A stretch of DNA of 61,854 nt, the filler included. It is 6 parts of 6 records of this genome, joined end to end, with 100 filler letters (N's around TTAATTAATTAA, not from the genome) between each part and the next. Parts side by side here need not be neighbours in the genome. Positions count along the whole stretch, not along the records: positions 17,199 to 27,835 come from SRR2962707_4772; positions 27,936 to 49,123 come from SRR2962707_4774; 4 more parts are not named here. One strand, written 5' to 3'. Positions 19,016 through 28,485 of this stretch are shown piece by piece; position 1 is the stretch's first letter; every line of letters starts with the position of its first letter. The translations under genes were made by a program, and so were the position numbers. The notes below the pieces were generated by a model, which did no database searches, was not told the origin of the DNA, and saw only the letters and a program-made list of their open reading frames with translations.

Positions 19016-21544
19016 TTGAAGCGACTTTTTAGACTAAGCCAAATATCACTATTCGCAGGCATTTTTCTTACATCATGCCTGGGCTCTAAGTTTTTAAAGG
19101 ACGATCAGCACCTCCTGGCCAAGCAAAAAATCAATGGTTTATCCGGTGCGTTGGCAGACGATGCAAAAGGGCTTTACGAGCAGGAAGCCAACAGTCGTAT
19201 TCTTTTCGGCTATTACCCATTTACTCACCTGGCTCATCTATATAAACTTGGAGAAAATGGCTGGATTTTTCCCGGATACAATAAACAAAAAGCCATCGCG
19301 AAAAGAGATTCATTGGAAGCTAAGTTCGATCGTAAAATAGCAGAGGCTACCTCAGATAAACGAAAACAGAAACTCCGTAATAAAAAAGCCAAGAAGTACG
19401 ACAAAAAGAACAAAAAGGTAAAGCAGGGAAACCAACTTATGAGGTGGGGAGAGACCCTGGCTGTTTATAATCATGCCAGCACCAGACTAACCCGTGAAAA
19501 AATAGAGCAGTACCTGAACTCAAAGGGGTATTTTGATGCGACCATCCGAATAGATACAACCACTTATGATAGTCTCGGGCCCATTGGTAAAGCCGGCAGA
19601 GACATTAGAAATTGGGTAAGTGGCTGGTTTGGAGAAAAAGACCGATACATCAATCTGGAATATGATATTGCCCTGAACGATCGCTACGTAATCGATTCCA
19701 TCCAATATGACATTAAAGACACTGTACTGCATGCTTTGGTTATGGAAAACATAAAAGAATCACCGCTCCAAAAAGGCTACTACGATCAAAATATATTAAG
19801 TCAGGAGCGTGACTTCATTTACGATCTGGCTGTCAATAATGGCTACTATGAGTTTTCCAAACAGTTTATTGGGTTTGAATTAGATTCCATTCAGATGGGT
19901 GGTGATACCCTCATCGTTCGAGAGGTTATTAAAAACCCTCCGGGGAAGGAACAACACAAAATATTTTACCTGGACTCCATTGTTTTTATTACCGACGCAA
20001 GTGTCAGCGAGACATTTGACCGAACGGAAGAGAAATACAGAGACATCACTTTCAGCTTTGCCAGAAACAGGTATTCTAAGAAGGTTCTGGAATGGAGAGT
20101 TCCGCTTGAACAGGATGACCCTTACAGTAGAGACCTTACCATTGAAACGCAGCGCCAACTCTCCTACCTGGATAATTTTAAGTTCATCAACATCAATTAC
20201 GATACAACTGGTAACTATTTTGTCGCAAACATATTCACGTCCCCATTCGACAAGTACCAGACATCCAGTGAGTTTGGTTTATCAAGAACACAAGGAAGAC
20301 CGGGTCCTTTCGTGAACATAAACCTGAAAAACAGAAATACATTCAGGACATTGGAGATCCTCAGTTTTGATGCGAATGCCAAACTGGAAGACCTGAGGTC
20401 TGTGCGGGAAGAATCTGAGTTTGATGGTAATTACACCTCCCGTCAGTTTGGAGCTGAAGCTGCAATCACTTTCCCTCAGTTTTTGTTTCCGCTCGGCTCC
20501 TATTACAAAAACAAGATTGGTCGGTTTAACCCAAAGACACGTCTTTCCCTGGGATTCTCATTTGAAGATCGGGTGACAGAGTATCGCAGAGCTACTTACC
20601 GAGGAACCTGGACGTATAGCTGGCAGGTAAGAGACCAGGTAAGGTATCGTCTTACACCTCTTGAGTTGAGCCTGACAAACACCACCATTACAGGTCAGGA
20701 ATTTGAAGATTTTCTGCAGGAATTAAGAGACCAGAATAACCCATACGCACTGGCCTTTGAGTCTGCAGTGGTTACAAGCACCGCCTTTCAACTGGATTTG
20801 AGCCTGGGTAATTATGCACTTAATCAGGATGGAGGATTTGTACGACTCAACGCCGAGTTGGGAGGAAACCTTGTTGATATTGTAGGTAAGTCCTTCTTTG
20901 GCGACAGCCTGACAACCTATCAATATGCCAAAACTCAGATCGACTTGAGGAAAATTGAACGGTTGACCAGAAAAACCAATCTGGCAGCCAGATTAAATGT
21001 AGGGCTTGCATATCCCTATGGAGCCAATGAATCCATGCCATACGAAAAGTACTTCTTTGCCGGAGGTAGTAGTAGTATTCGTGCCTGGAAACCTCGACGG
21101 TTGGGCCCGGGCGCATTCGGTGTATTTGAAGAGGATAGCGATGGAAACCCCACTGATGCTGTAGACTATCGAAATGAGCAGCGCGGAGAACTCATCATTG
21201 AATCAAGTATCGAATTGCGACAGGACCTGGTAGGTTTTCTCGAAGGAGCTGTATTTATTGATGCCGGAAATATTTGGCAGGTACGAAATTCCTTGGTGGA
21301 TGCAGAATCGGATGCGGAAGGTGATGATGGCGTATTCCACTTCAATGAATTTATGGATGAAATGGCGGTAGGTACAGGCATAGGTTTAAGATTTGATCTC
21401 CAATTCCTGGTCTTTAGGGTTGACCTGGGACTAAAGCTGATAGACCCGGCGCAAAAACGAGGTGAAAGATTTGTGGGAGATGAAATTTTTTCCAACTTCA
21501 ATCGGAATTCAGAAATAAATATTGGTATCGGATATCCATTCTAA
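19016..21544 (+). CDS. tamL: Omp85-family outer-membrane lipoprotein (TamL-like)
   Basis: TTG start, lipobox LTSC, POTRA-like region, FAGGSSSIRAW and FIDAGNIW motifs, C-terminal GIGYPF. Confidence 0.85.
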   Translation: MKRLFRLSQISLFAGIFLTSCLGSKFLKDDQHLLAKQKINGLSGALADDAKGLYEQEANSRILFGYYPFTHLAHLYKLGENGWIFPGYNKQKAIAKRDSLEAKFDRKIAEATSDKRKQKLRNKKAKKYDKKNKKVKQGNQLMRWGETLAVYNHASTRLTREKIEQYLNSKGYFDATIRIDTTTYDSLGPIGKAGRDIRNWVSGWFGEKDRYINLEYDIALNDRYVIDSIQYDIKDTVLHALVMENIKESPLQKGYYDQNILSQERDFIYDLAVNNGYYEFSKQFIGFELDSIQMGGDTLIVREVIKNPPGKEQHKIFYLDSIVFITDASVSETFDRTEEKYRDITFSFARNRYSKKVLEWRVPLEQDDPYSRDLTIETQRQLSYLDNFKFININYDTTGNYFVANIFTSPFDKYQTSSEFGLSRTQGRPGPFVNINLKNRNTFRTLEILSFDANAKLEDLRSVREESEFDGNYTSRQFGAEAAITFPQFLFPLGSYYKNKIGRFNPKTRLSLGFSFEDRVTEYRRATYRGTWTYSWQVRDQVRYRLTPLELSLTNTTITGQEFEDFLQELRDQNNPYALAFESAVVTSTAFQLDLSLGNYALNQDGGFVRLNAELGGNLVDIVGKSFFGDSLTTYQYAKTQIDLRKIERLTRKTNLAARLNVGLAYPYGANESMPYEKYFFAGGSSSIRAWKPRRLGPGAFGVFEEDSDGNPTDAVDYRNEQRGELIIESSIELRQDLVGFLEGAVFIDAGNIWQVRNSLVDAESDAEGDDGVFHFNEFMDEMAVGTGIGLRFDLQFLVFRVDLGLKLIDPAQKRGERFVGDEIFSNFNRNSEINIGIGYPF

Positions 21545-22444
21545 ATGGCAGCATTAACAAAAGAAGAAATAGCTCAGTGGTTTCAGGGATTGCAGGATTC
21601 AATTTGCAACTCGCTTGAAAGACTGGACGGCAAGTCCACATTCAAAGAAGATCAATGGGATCGACCGGAAGGTGGTGGTGGTCGATCACGCCTAATTAAA
21701 GATGGTGATCTAATCGAAAAAGGAGGTGTGAATTTTTCTGCTGTCTCCGGACCTACACCTGAGAAAATATTGAACGCGTTGAACCTTCCCGAAGCAAACT
21801 TTTTTGCAACTGGTGTTTCAATCGTCTTACATCCACAAAACCCATGGGTGCCAATCATTCATATGAATGTTCGCTACTTCGAAATGAGCAACGGAGTTTG
21901 GTGGTTTGGTGGTGGAATCGATCTTACGCCCCATTATGTGATTAAAGAAAAGGCTCAAAATTTTCATCAGCACCTAAAAGATACGTGTGATAAACACGAT
22001 TCGGGATACTATCCCCGATTTAAGGAATGGGCCGATGATTATTTTTTTGTCAAACACCGAAATGAAACACGTGGAATCGGTGGTATTTTCTTTGACCGAT
22101 TGACCGTCAAAGACGGTAAGTCAAAAGCGGATCATTGGCAGTTTGTAAAAGATGTGGGAGAAACATTCATTCCGGCATATACGGATGCCATTGAGGGTCT
22201 GCGGGATAAGACTTGGTCGGATGCCGACAAAAACTGGCAGAAAATCAGACGTGGAAGATATGTTGAGTTTAACCTGGTACACGACAAGGGAACCAAATTC
22301 GGGCTTGATACTAATGGACGAACAGAATCCATTCTGATGAGTATGCCACCGGAAGCCAATTGGGAGTACGATTATCAACCGACCAGTGATCTGGAACGTG
22401 AGACACAGGAGCAATTAAAAAAAGGCATAAACTGGATCGGCTAA
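21545..22444 (+). CDS. hemF: Oxygen-dependent coproporphyrinogen III oxidase
   Basis: EKGGVNFS, HMNVRYF, WWFGGGIDLTP, RRGRYVEFNL and ESILMS motifs. Confidence 0.97.
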   Translation: MAALTKEEIAQWFQGLQDSICNSLERLDGKSTFKEDQWDRPEGGGGRSRLIKDGDLIEKGGVNFSAVSGPTPEKILNALNLPEANFFATGVSIVLHPQNPWVPIIHMNVRYFEMSNGVWWFGGGIDLTPHYVIKEKAQNFHQHLKDTCDKHDSGYYPRFKEWADDYFFVKHRNETRGIGGIFFDRLTVKDGKSKADHWQFVKDVGETFIPAYTDAIEGLRDKTWSDADKNWQKIRRGRYVEFNLVHDKGTKFGLDTNGRTESILMSMPPEANWEYDYQPTSDLERETQEQLKKGINWIG

Positions 22445-22464
22445 GCAATCCAGTCAATGCCTTT
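22421..22464. terminator. Hairpin between convergent hemF and LytTR genes
   Basis: AAAGGCAT-AA-ACTGGAT...ATCCAGT-CA-ATGCCTTT inverted repeat spanning the hemF stop. Confidence 0.5.
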
Positions 22465-22485
22465 AGGTTAGGTTGGTTGTATTTA

Positions 22486-23190
22486 TTAGAGCAAATTGAA
22501 TCGATCCATCAATGACTCTTTATAAGAAGCACCAATGGAAAAAGTTTTCTCGCCGATATGCACCTGCAAGTCCTCGATCTTATCAATCTTGTTTCGGTTA
22601 ATGATGTAGCTTCTATGCACTCGGCTGAAAATACTTTCAGGTAATCTTTTCTCGATTCCCTTCATCGTATGATGTACAATGTGTTTTTTACCTGCGGCTG
22701 TATTGAAAATCACATAATCCGCCAGCGCCTCCACAAAAAGGATGTTGTTATAGCTTAACCGGTAAAGCTTACCATCGCTTTTCACATAAATGTGATCTTC
22801 CTGCTCAGCTATCGCTTTTTCTTTCTCAAGGTTTTCCTTCACCTTGTTGACCGCCTTCATGAAGCGCTCGTATTCTACCGGTTTTACCAGGTAATCCGCT
22901 ACAGAATCCTCAAACGCCTCAATCGCATACTCCTTTTTGGACGTTACCAAAATCACATTGTACGCATGCTGTAGATCCTTCACAAGATCCAACCCACTCA
23001 TTCCGGGCATCTCTATATCCAGAAATACAATATCTACGTCGTTGGCACTTTCGCCTAAAAGGATGTCATGTGCTTCCTGGGTATTATCCAGATCATGCGT
23101 CATGACGAGCGTATCTGTTTTATCTATAAACTTCTTGATTACGAGACGCGACATTTTGTCGTCATCCACTACCATGCAATTGAGAGCCAT
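22486..23190 (-). CDS. LytR/AlgR-family response regulator
   Basis: Receiver domain (VVDDD, FLDIEMP, YLVKP) and LytTR domain (FSRVHRSYIIN). Confidence 0.95.
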   Translation of the reverse strand: MALNCMVVDDDKMSRLVIKKFIDKTDTLVMTHDLDNTQEAHDILLGESANDVDIVFLDIEMPGMSGLDLVKDLQHAYNVILVTSKKEYAIEAFEDSVADYLVKPVEYERFMKAVNKVKENLEKEKAIAEQEDHIYVKSDGKLYRLSYNNILFVEALADYVIFNTAAGKKHIVHHTMKGIEKRLPESIFSRVHRSYIINRNKIDKIEDLQVHIGEKTFSIGASYKESLMDRFNLL

Positions 23191-23771
23191 TATTTTCGAT
23201 TTACGATTTGGTGAATATACTTACCGATAATATCAAATTCAATATTAACAATGCTACCAACCGCCAGCTGATTGAAGTTGGTATGTTCAAATGTATATGG
23301 AATTATCGCCACAGAAAAGATTTTTTTTTCCACGTTAAAGCAAGTTAGGCTGGTTCCGTTAATACAGATGCTCCCTTTCTCGACCACCAGACCCTCCTCT
23401 TTCAGCTCAAAAGTGAACACCCAGCTACCATTTTCATCCTTGATGTCACTCACTCTGGCCGTGGTATCCACATGACCTTGCACGATGTGCCCATCAAAAC
23501 GTCCATCCGCCTTCATGCATCGCTCCAGGTTTACCTGAGCCCCGACTTCAATCGAACCAAGGCTCGTTTTTTTCATCGTCTCATCAATGGCCGTTACCCA
23601 GTGCCTCCCATCCTCAACCTTGGTTACCGTCAGGCACACTCCATTGTGAGACACACTCTGGTCAATTTTCAACTCGTCTGACATAGACGAAGAGATAATA
23701 AAATCCACGTTCGTTCCCTTCCCGGAGATTTCTTCTACTTTCCCTACTGTTTCAACTATTCCTGTAAACAC
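23190..23771 (-). CDS. ribE: Riboflavin synthase
   Basis: MFTGIVE start (GTG), NGVCLTV, GHIVQGHVD and NGTSLT motifs. Confidence 0.95.
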   Translation of the reverse strand: MFTGIVETVGKVEEISGKGTNVDFIISSSMSDELKIDQSVSHNGVCLTVTKVEDGRHWVTAIDETMKKTSLGSIEVGAQVNLERCMKADGRFDGHIVQGHVDTTARVSDIKDENGSWVFTFELKEEGLVVEKGSICINGTSLTCFNVEKKIFSVAIIPYTFEHTNFNQLAVGSIVNIEFDIIGKYIHQIVNRK

Positions 23772-23803
23772 GCTGATTAAATTTAAGGCTCAAAATAAGT
23801 CAA

Positions 23804-24460
23804 TTGAAAGATACCTACAAGCATAAGGGCTTACGCAAGCAGTTGGTTCTGGGAATCGCAAAAAAAGGCATCCGAGATAAGGAGGTGTTGAATGCCATCA
23901 ACAAAATCCCCCGTCATTTTTTCTTTGACAAGATTTTCGATTCGCATGCCTATGAAGATAAGGCCTTCCCTATCGATGCGGGACAAACCATCAGTCAGCC
24001 CTATACGGTGGCTTTCCAAACACAACTACTCCAGGTAAAGCCGGGAGATAAAATTCTTGAAATAGGGACCGGTTCCGGCTACCAGGCCTGTGTGCTGGAT
24101 GAAATGGGTGCAGATGTCTATACGATTGAGTATCAAAAGAAGCTGTATCAGAAAGCCATCCGGTTCCTACCTAAGCTGGGATATCAGCCGCACATGTACC
24201 AGGGAGATGGATCGAAAGGGCTCCCCCGATTTGCACCCTATGACGGAATCCTTGTGACAGCAGGTGCTCCAACCGTACCTGAAGAACTTGTCCAGCAACT
24301 TAAGGTGGGCGGACGATTAGTGATCCCGGTAGGGAACGATGACATACAATCTATGGTTTTGATCCAGAAAGTGGACGAAAACAAAATAAAAAAGAAGCAA
24401 TTCGACCATTTTAGCTTCGTACCTTTGCGTGGAGAACGCGGTTGGGGCGACAAAAAGTAA
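23804..24460 (+). CDS. pcm: Protein-L-isoaspartate O-methyltransferase
   Basis: GQTISQPY, LEIGTGSGYQ, APYDGILVTAG and FVPL motifs. Confidence 0.95.
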   Translation: MKDTYKHKGLRKQLVLGIAKKGIRDKEVLNAINKIPRHFFFDKIFDSHAYEDKAFPIDAGQTISQPYTVAFQTQLLQVKPGDKILEIGTGSGYQACVLDEMGADVYTIEYQKKLYQKAIRFLPKLGYQPHMYQGDGSKGLPRFAPYDGILVTAGAPTVPEELVQQLKVGGRLVIPVGNDDIQSMVLIQKVDENKIKKKQFDHFSFVPLRGERGWGDKK

Positions 24461-24549
24461 ATTAACATCTAAGTATTCAACTCCTTGGAGCGGTTCGACG
24501 TTTCGAGGTTAGGGGTGGGTTAGCTCATCTACTTTTTAAAAAACTGCAT

Positions 24550-25071
24550 ATGAAGAAAATAAAAAACTGCAAAGACTCTTACGTGACCATGACCGAACTG
24601 GTCCTGCCAAACGACACCAACGGACTGAACAACCTCATGGGAGGCCGTCTCATGCACTGGATGGATATCGCCGCAGCGATAGCTGCACAGAAGCACTCCA
24701 ACCGCATTGTGGTAACCGCTTCCGTGGATAATATTTCCTTCTCAGAGCCCATCCGAATTGGGAATGCCGTAACCATCTCTGCTTTCGTTACACGAGCATT
24801 CAGCTCTTCAATGGAGGTATACTTAGAAGTGGTTGCCGAGGATATTCCTGCGGATAAAAAAGTACACACCAACCGAGCGTTTTTCACGTTCGTGGCGGTG
24901 GATCAGTCAGGTAAACCAATCGACATTCCACAACTGGAGCCCGAAACAGAGTTTGAAAAGGAATTGTACGATGGAGCGCTCCGCAGAAGACAGCTAAGAT
25001 TGGTACTTGGAAAACGTATGAAACCGAGTGAAGCAAAAGAACTAAAGTCTATCTTTGATATGGAAGATTAA
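24550..25071 (+). CDS. Acyl-CoA thioesterase (hot-dog fold, YciA-like)
   Basis: VLPNDTN..NLMGG.LMHWMD, VVTASVD and FTFVAVD motifs. Confidence 0.92.
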   Translation: MKKIKNCKDSYVTMTELVLPNDTNGLNNLMGGRLMHWMDIAAAIAAQKHSNRIVVTASVDNISFSEPIRIGNAVTISAFVTRAFSSSMEVYLEVVAEDIPADKKVHTNRAFFTFVAVDQSGKPIDIPQLEPETEFEKELYDGALRRRQLRLVLGKRMKPSEAKELKSIFDMED

Positions 25072-25289
25072 AACGCTCGAGCCGCTGGGCTCATACTTTT
25101 TCCCGAGTCGTCGGACCGTTCCAAAAAAGTATGCAAAAAGTCTTCACAAAATCAATCAAGCTTACCCACATGGCCAACACGTGATTTTGCCTTTTCGCTG
25201 CTTTGCAGCGATGGAAAGAGGGATGAAAAAGAATAGCTATTTAGAGAAAGAGTTCCTTTTTAATTTATGGCTAAATTGCATCTGGTCAA

Positions 25290-25847
25290 ATGGAAAAAGA
25301 ACACCTGCACTTACTCATACACGAAGAAATCTACTTGCTATCGCAAGACGAAATCATAAACGAGGAGTCTGCAGAAAAACAAGAAGAAGCGCAGGAACCC
25401 ACTACTGTAGCTGAACCGGAACCTGAGCCTGTAGCTAAAGAGGAGGAGTCTGCTGAAAAACAACCAGCCCCTGAGACGAAAGAAGCATCAGAAGAGGAAC
25501 GCCATCAGGATTCTCCTCACATTCCTCATCATGATCTGCCGGACTCTAAACCATTACCATTTGCGGTGTTCCATACCAGCCATGATCCGGCTGAAAATGA
25601 GCTTTTGCATAAAATCATAGATGCTTGCAAAATACCGGAGAGCGATTACAAGATTTTCAGCAATGGTTTTGACCAGGCAGTGAAATTCAAAAAAGCACTG
25701 GTATTCGTGCCGGAAGCCAAAGCCTTCTATACACCTATTCCTTACAAAGGCAGTGAATTCCTCTGCTCCAGGCCGCTATCCGTACTTGCAGCAGATGTAA
25801 CCGAGAAAGCCAAGCTCTGGGGAGCACTTCAGAAGTTTGTGCTGTAA
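25290..25847 (+). CDS. Hypothetical protein, possibly DNA polymerase III psi-like (Bacteroidota type)
   Basis: Short N-terminal helix, E/P-rich linker, then ELLHKIIDACK...EKAKLWGALQKF. Psi-like label is from recall only. Confidence 0.55.
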   Translation: MEKEHLHLLIHEEIYLLSQDEIINEESAEKQEEAQEPTTVAEPEPEPVAKEEESAEKQPAPETKEASEEERHQDSPHIPHHDLPDSKPLPFAVFHTSHDPAENELLHKIIDACKIPESDYKIFSNGFDQAVKFKKALVFVPEAKAFYTPIPYKGSEFLCSRPLSVLAADVTEKAKLWGALQKFVL

Positions 25848-25937
25848 AACGGTATATTTGAAGACATAAGGCGGATATCGTGCAAAAAAGTGCACTATAT
25901 TCGGATGTTATCATCAATTTGGACAAAAACCTACTTT

Positions 25938-26390
25938 ATGAAGTGTATTTCAATTTCTAGTATTATTCTATTTTTTTCTTCTATCAGTTTTGCCCAAGAT
26001 ACGCTTGAATTCATTAATCTTACTGAACATGATTATGAACTCAAAAAATTCTATGACTCTGCTCAATTGTACAATAAGAAACTTCTAATTTATTTTTCGG
26101 GCGATGGGTGTGCCCCTTGTATTAGAATGCAAAAAGAAGTATTTACAAGCCAAGAGGTCATTAAATCTTCGACCAACTTAATACTTCTCAGATCTCACTT
26201 AGTAATGAAGCCCTACCCTATGCCTAGTAGTCTGAACAGAAAAGTGAACAAGGATCATCGAAAACTGGGAAGAAAACTGGGACATGATAATGCATACCCC
26301 ACTTTTTACATACTAAATGAAAACGGTGAGATTCTTTCAAAGAAGAATTCAATGACAGTTCAGGAGTTCTTGAAATTCATAGAAGTCTGA
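25938..26390 (+). CDS. Secreted thioredoxin-family protein
   Basis: Signal peptide MKCISISSIILFFSSISFA-Q, CAPC CxxC motif and YPT cis-Pro motif; AT-rich. Confidence 0.8.
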   Translation: MKCISISSIILFFSSISFAQDTLEFINLTEHDYELKKFYDSAQLYNKKLLIYFSGDGCAPCIRMQKEVFTSQEVIKSSTNLILLRSHLVMKPYPMPSSLNRKVNKDHRKLGRKLGHDNAYPTFYILNENGEILSKKNSMTVQEFLKFIEV

Positions 26391-26406
26391 CTAGCTAGGC
26401 AAAAAA

Positions 26407-26660
26407 ATATAACATACAATATAGAGCATGGCCTTACTTAGCATATTAATAGGTATCTGCAATACATCCCGCTTATCTGCCGCCAAGAAACTGAAGTGCT
26501 TTCTACCTCTCCTGCTCGTGGGAGTTTTGTTATCGGCATGGCGCAGTGTGTGTCTGATACCTGCCTACCGGCATGCAGGCTTTGAATGCACCGGCAGATA
26601 AGCTAACTTCATCGCAATTAATTAAGCTCGGAGGCCACACGCCATATCTGGGCGTTAGCA
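26407..26660 (+). mobile_element. Long attC-like (integron cassette recombination-site-like) palindrome
   Basis: ATATAAC-5nt-ATATAGAGCATGGCC ... GGCCACACGCCATAT-6nt-GTTAGCA, with an inner perfect 12-bp inverted repeat (26471-26482 / 26592-26603). Confidence 0.55.
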
Positions 26661-26674
26661 ACCAATACAGCACA

Positions 26675-27709
26675 TTGATACGATATACCTTAACTAGTAT
26701 TGCTCTAATATTTCTATTATCAAAACAGATCTGTGCACAAGAATACTCGCGTACTGGGTATGTTCTTGCGGAACCTACACTTAACGTAAGAAACACTCCA
26801 AACTCAGATGGAGAAATAATCTCTCAAATCCCCTATGCAACAGAAGTTAAAGTTTGGTCTGATATTCGACATTATACCGATTCCATAAACGGAGAAATTT
26901 ACAAGTGGCTTCCAATTGATTATAATAATGAAATAGCTTACGTGTGGGGAAAGTACATAACATTTAACCAAAACTTAGTACTTGATTATGGTCTTCTATC
27001 CATAGGACAAGATGGATCTAAATACAATCCTGACCTGAATTGGTATGGCATATTTGAAAGTGATAGCAATGGATTTAATCAAATTAAGCAAATCGATATT
27101 AGCCTAGTAGAACTAGACGATGAATATTATGGGCGACTCAGTAATGTTGTTAATATTAATCTGAAGGAAAGGCCTATATTCCTATTTGGAACAAGAAATC
27201 TGCTTGACGAGCAACTAATAGCAGGTAATGTTCTAAGAGCTAAATACAATAAGGAAGGCGGGCAAGAAGATTATGAGAGACAGAAACATGAAAGCTTTTT
27301 ATATCCAGAGGAAATCATGAAACTCCAAATGAACAATTTAAGAAACCAATTGCAAATAAAAGCCAAAGACGCACCATATATTGATTCCACTCACAACTAT
27401 ATCTATACTAGATACGAATTAGAAGTAACTACTGAGAGTTTTTATTCGCACGGAAAAACTAACACTCAAAACATAACTTCTGAGATTCCATTCATTGATG
27501 CTCCTGCTTTTAGGTGTGCTGTTTACATTAATCCTAGAATCTATTGGTACGGAGATATAGATTTTGACCAAAAAATAGATTTTGTGATTTCAACTAGGAT
27601 GATGGCTGACACAGATGGTGTTGAAGGCTCACTTCTCCTATTTCTATCTAGCCAGGCTAATGAAGGAGATTTCGTTAAGATGGTTGCTAAAACCAATAGT
27701 GAGTACTAA
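26675..27709 (+). CDS. Secreted protein with N-terminal bacterial SH3 domain
   Basis: TTG start at 26675 gives a signal peptide (MIRYTLTSIALIFLLSKQICA-Q); TLNVRNTPNSDGEIISQIPYATEVKV SH3b motif; C-terminal WYGDIDFDQKIDF. Confidence 0.78.
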   Translation: MIRYTLTSIALIFLLSKQICAQEYSRTGYVLAEPTLNVRNTPNSDGEIISQIPYATEVKVWSDIRHYTDSINGEIYKWLPIDYNNEIAYVWGKYITFNQNLVLDYGLLSIGQDGSKYNPDLNWYGIFESDSNGFNQIKQIDISLVELDDEYYGRLSNVVNINLKERPIFLFGTRNLLDEQLIAGNVLRAKYNKEGGQEDYERQKHESFLYPEEIMKLQMNNLRNQLQIKAKDAPYIDSTHNYIYTRYELEVTTESFYSHGKTNTQNITSEIPFIDAPAFRCAVYINPRIYWYGDIDFDQKIDFVISTRMMADTDGVEGSLLLFLSSQANEGDFVKMVAKTNSEY

Positions 27710-27712
27710 ACA

Positions 27713-27816
27713 CATGCTAATGCGCGTTTGCAACGCGTACCTCCAATCCATCACCTCGGCTCACCATGCTAGTGCGCGTTTGTAACGCGTACCTCCATTC
27801 CATCACCTCAGCTCAT
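27713..27816. repeat. Two tandem 52-bp units with a REP-like palindromic core
   Basis: CATGCTA(A/G)TGCGCGTTTG(C/T)AACGCGTACCTCCA(A/T)TCCATCACCTC(G/A)GCTCA at 27713 and 27765. Confidence 0.8.
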
Positions 27817-27835
27817 CCATAAAGGATTGCCAACT

Positions 27836-27935
27836 NNNNNNNNNNNNNNNNNNNNNNNNNNNNNNNNNNNNNNNNNNNNTTAATTAATTAANNNNNNNNN
27901 NNNNNNNNNNNNNNNNNNNNNNNNNNNNNNNNNNN
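27836..27935. other. Artificial contig spacer
   Basis: N44-TTAATTAATTAA-N44. Confidence 0.99.

Positions 27936-28481
<546 letters not shown>

Positions 28482-28485
<4 letters not shown>

Noticed and set aside
26573-26674. N-terminal extension of the SH3 ORF in the ORF track
   Set aside because: It runs through the palindromic element; the TTG at 26675 gives a proper signal peptide.
27713-27816. 52-bp repeats as a CRISPR array
   Set aside because: Only two units, the would-be spacers are near-identical, and there are no cas genes.
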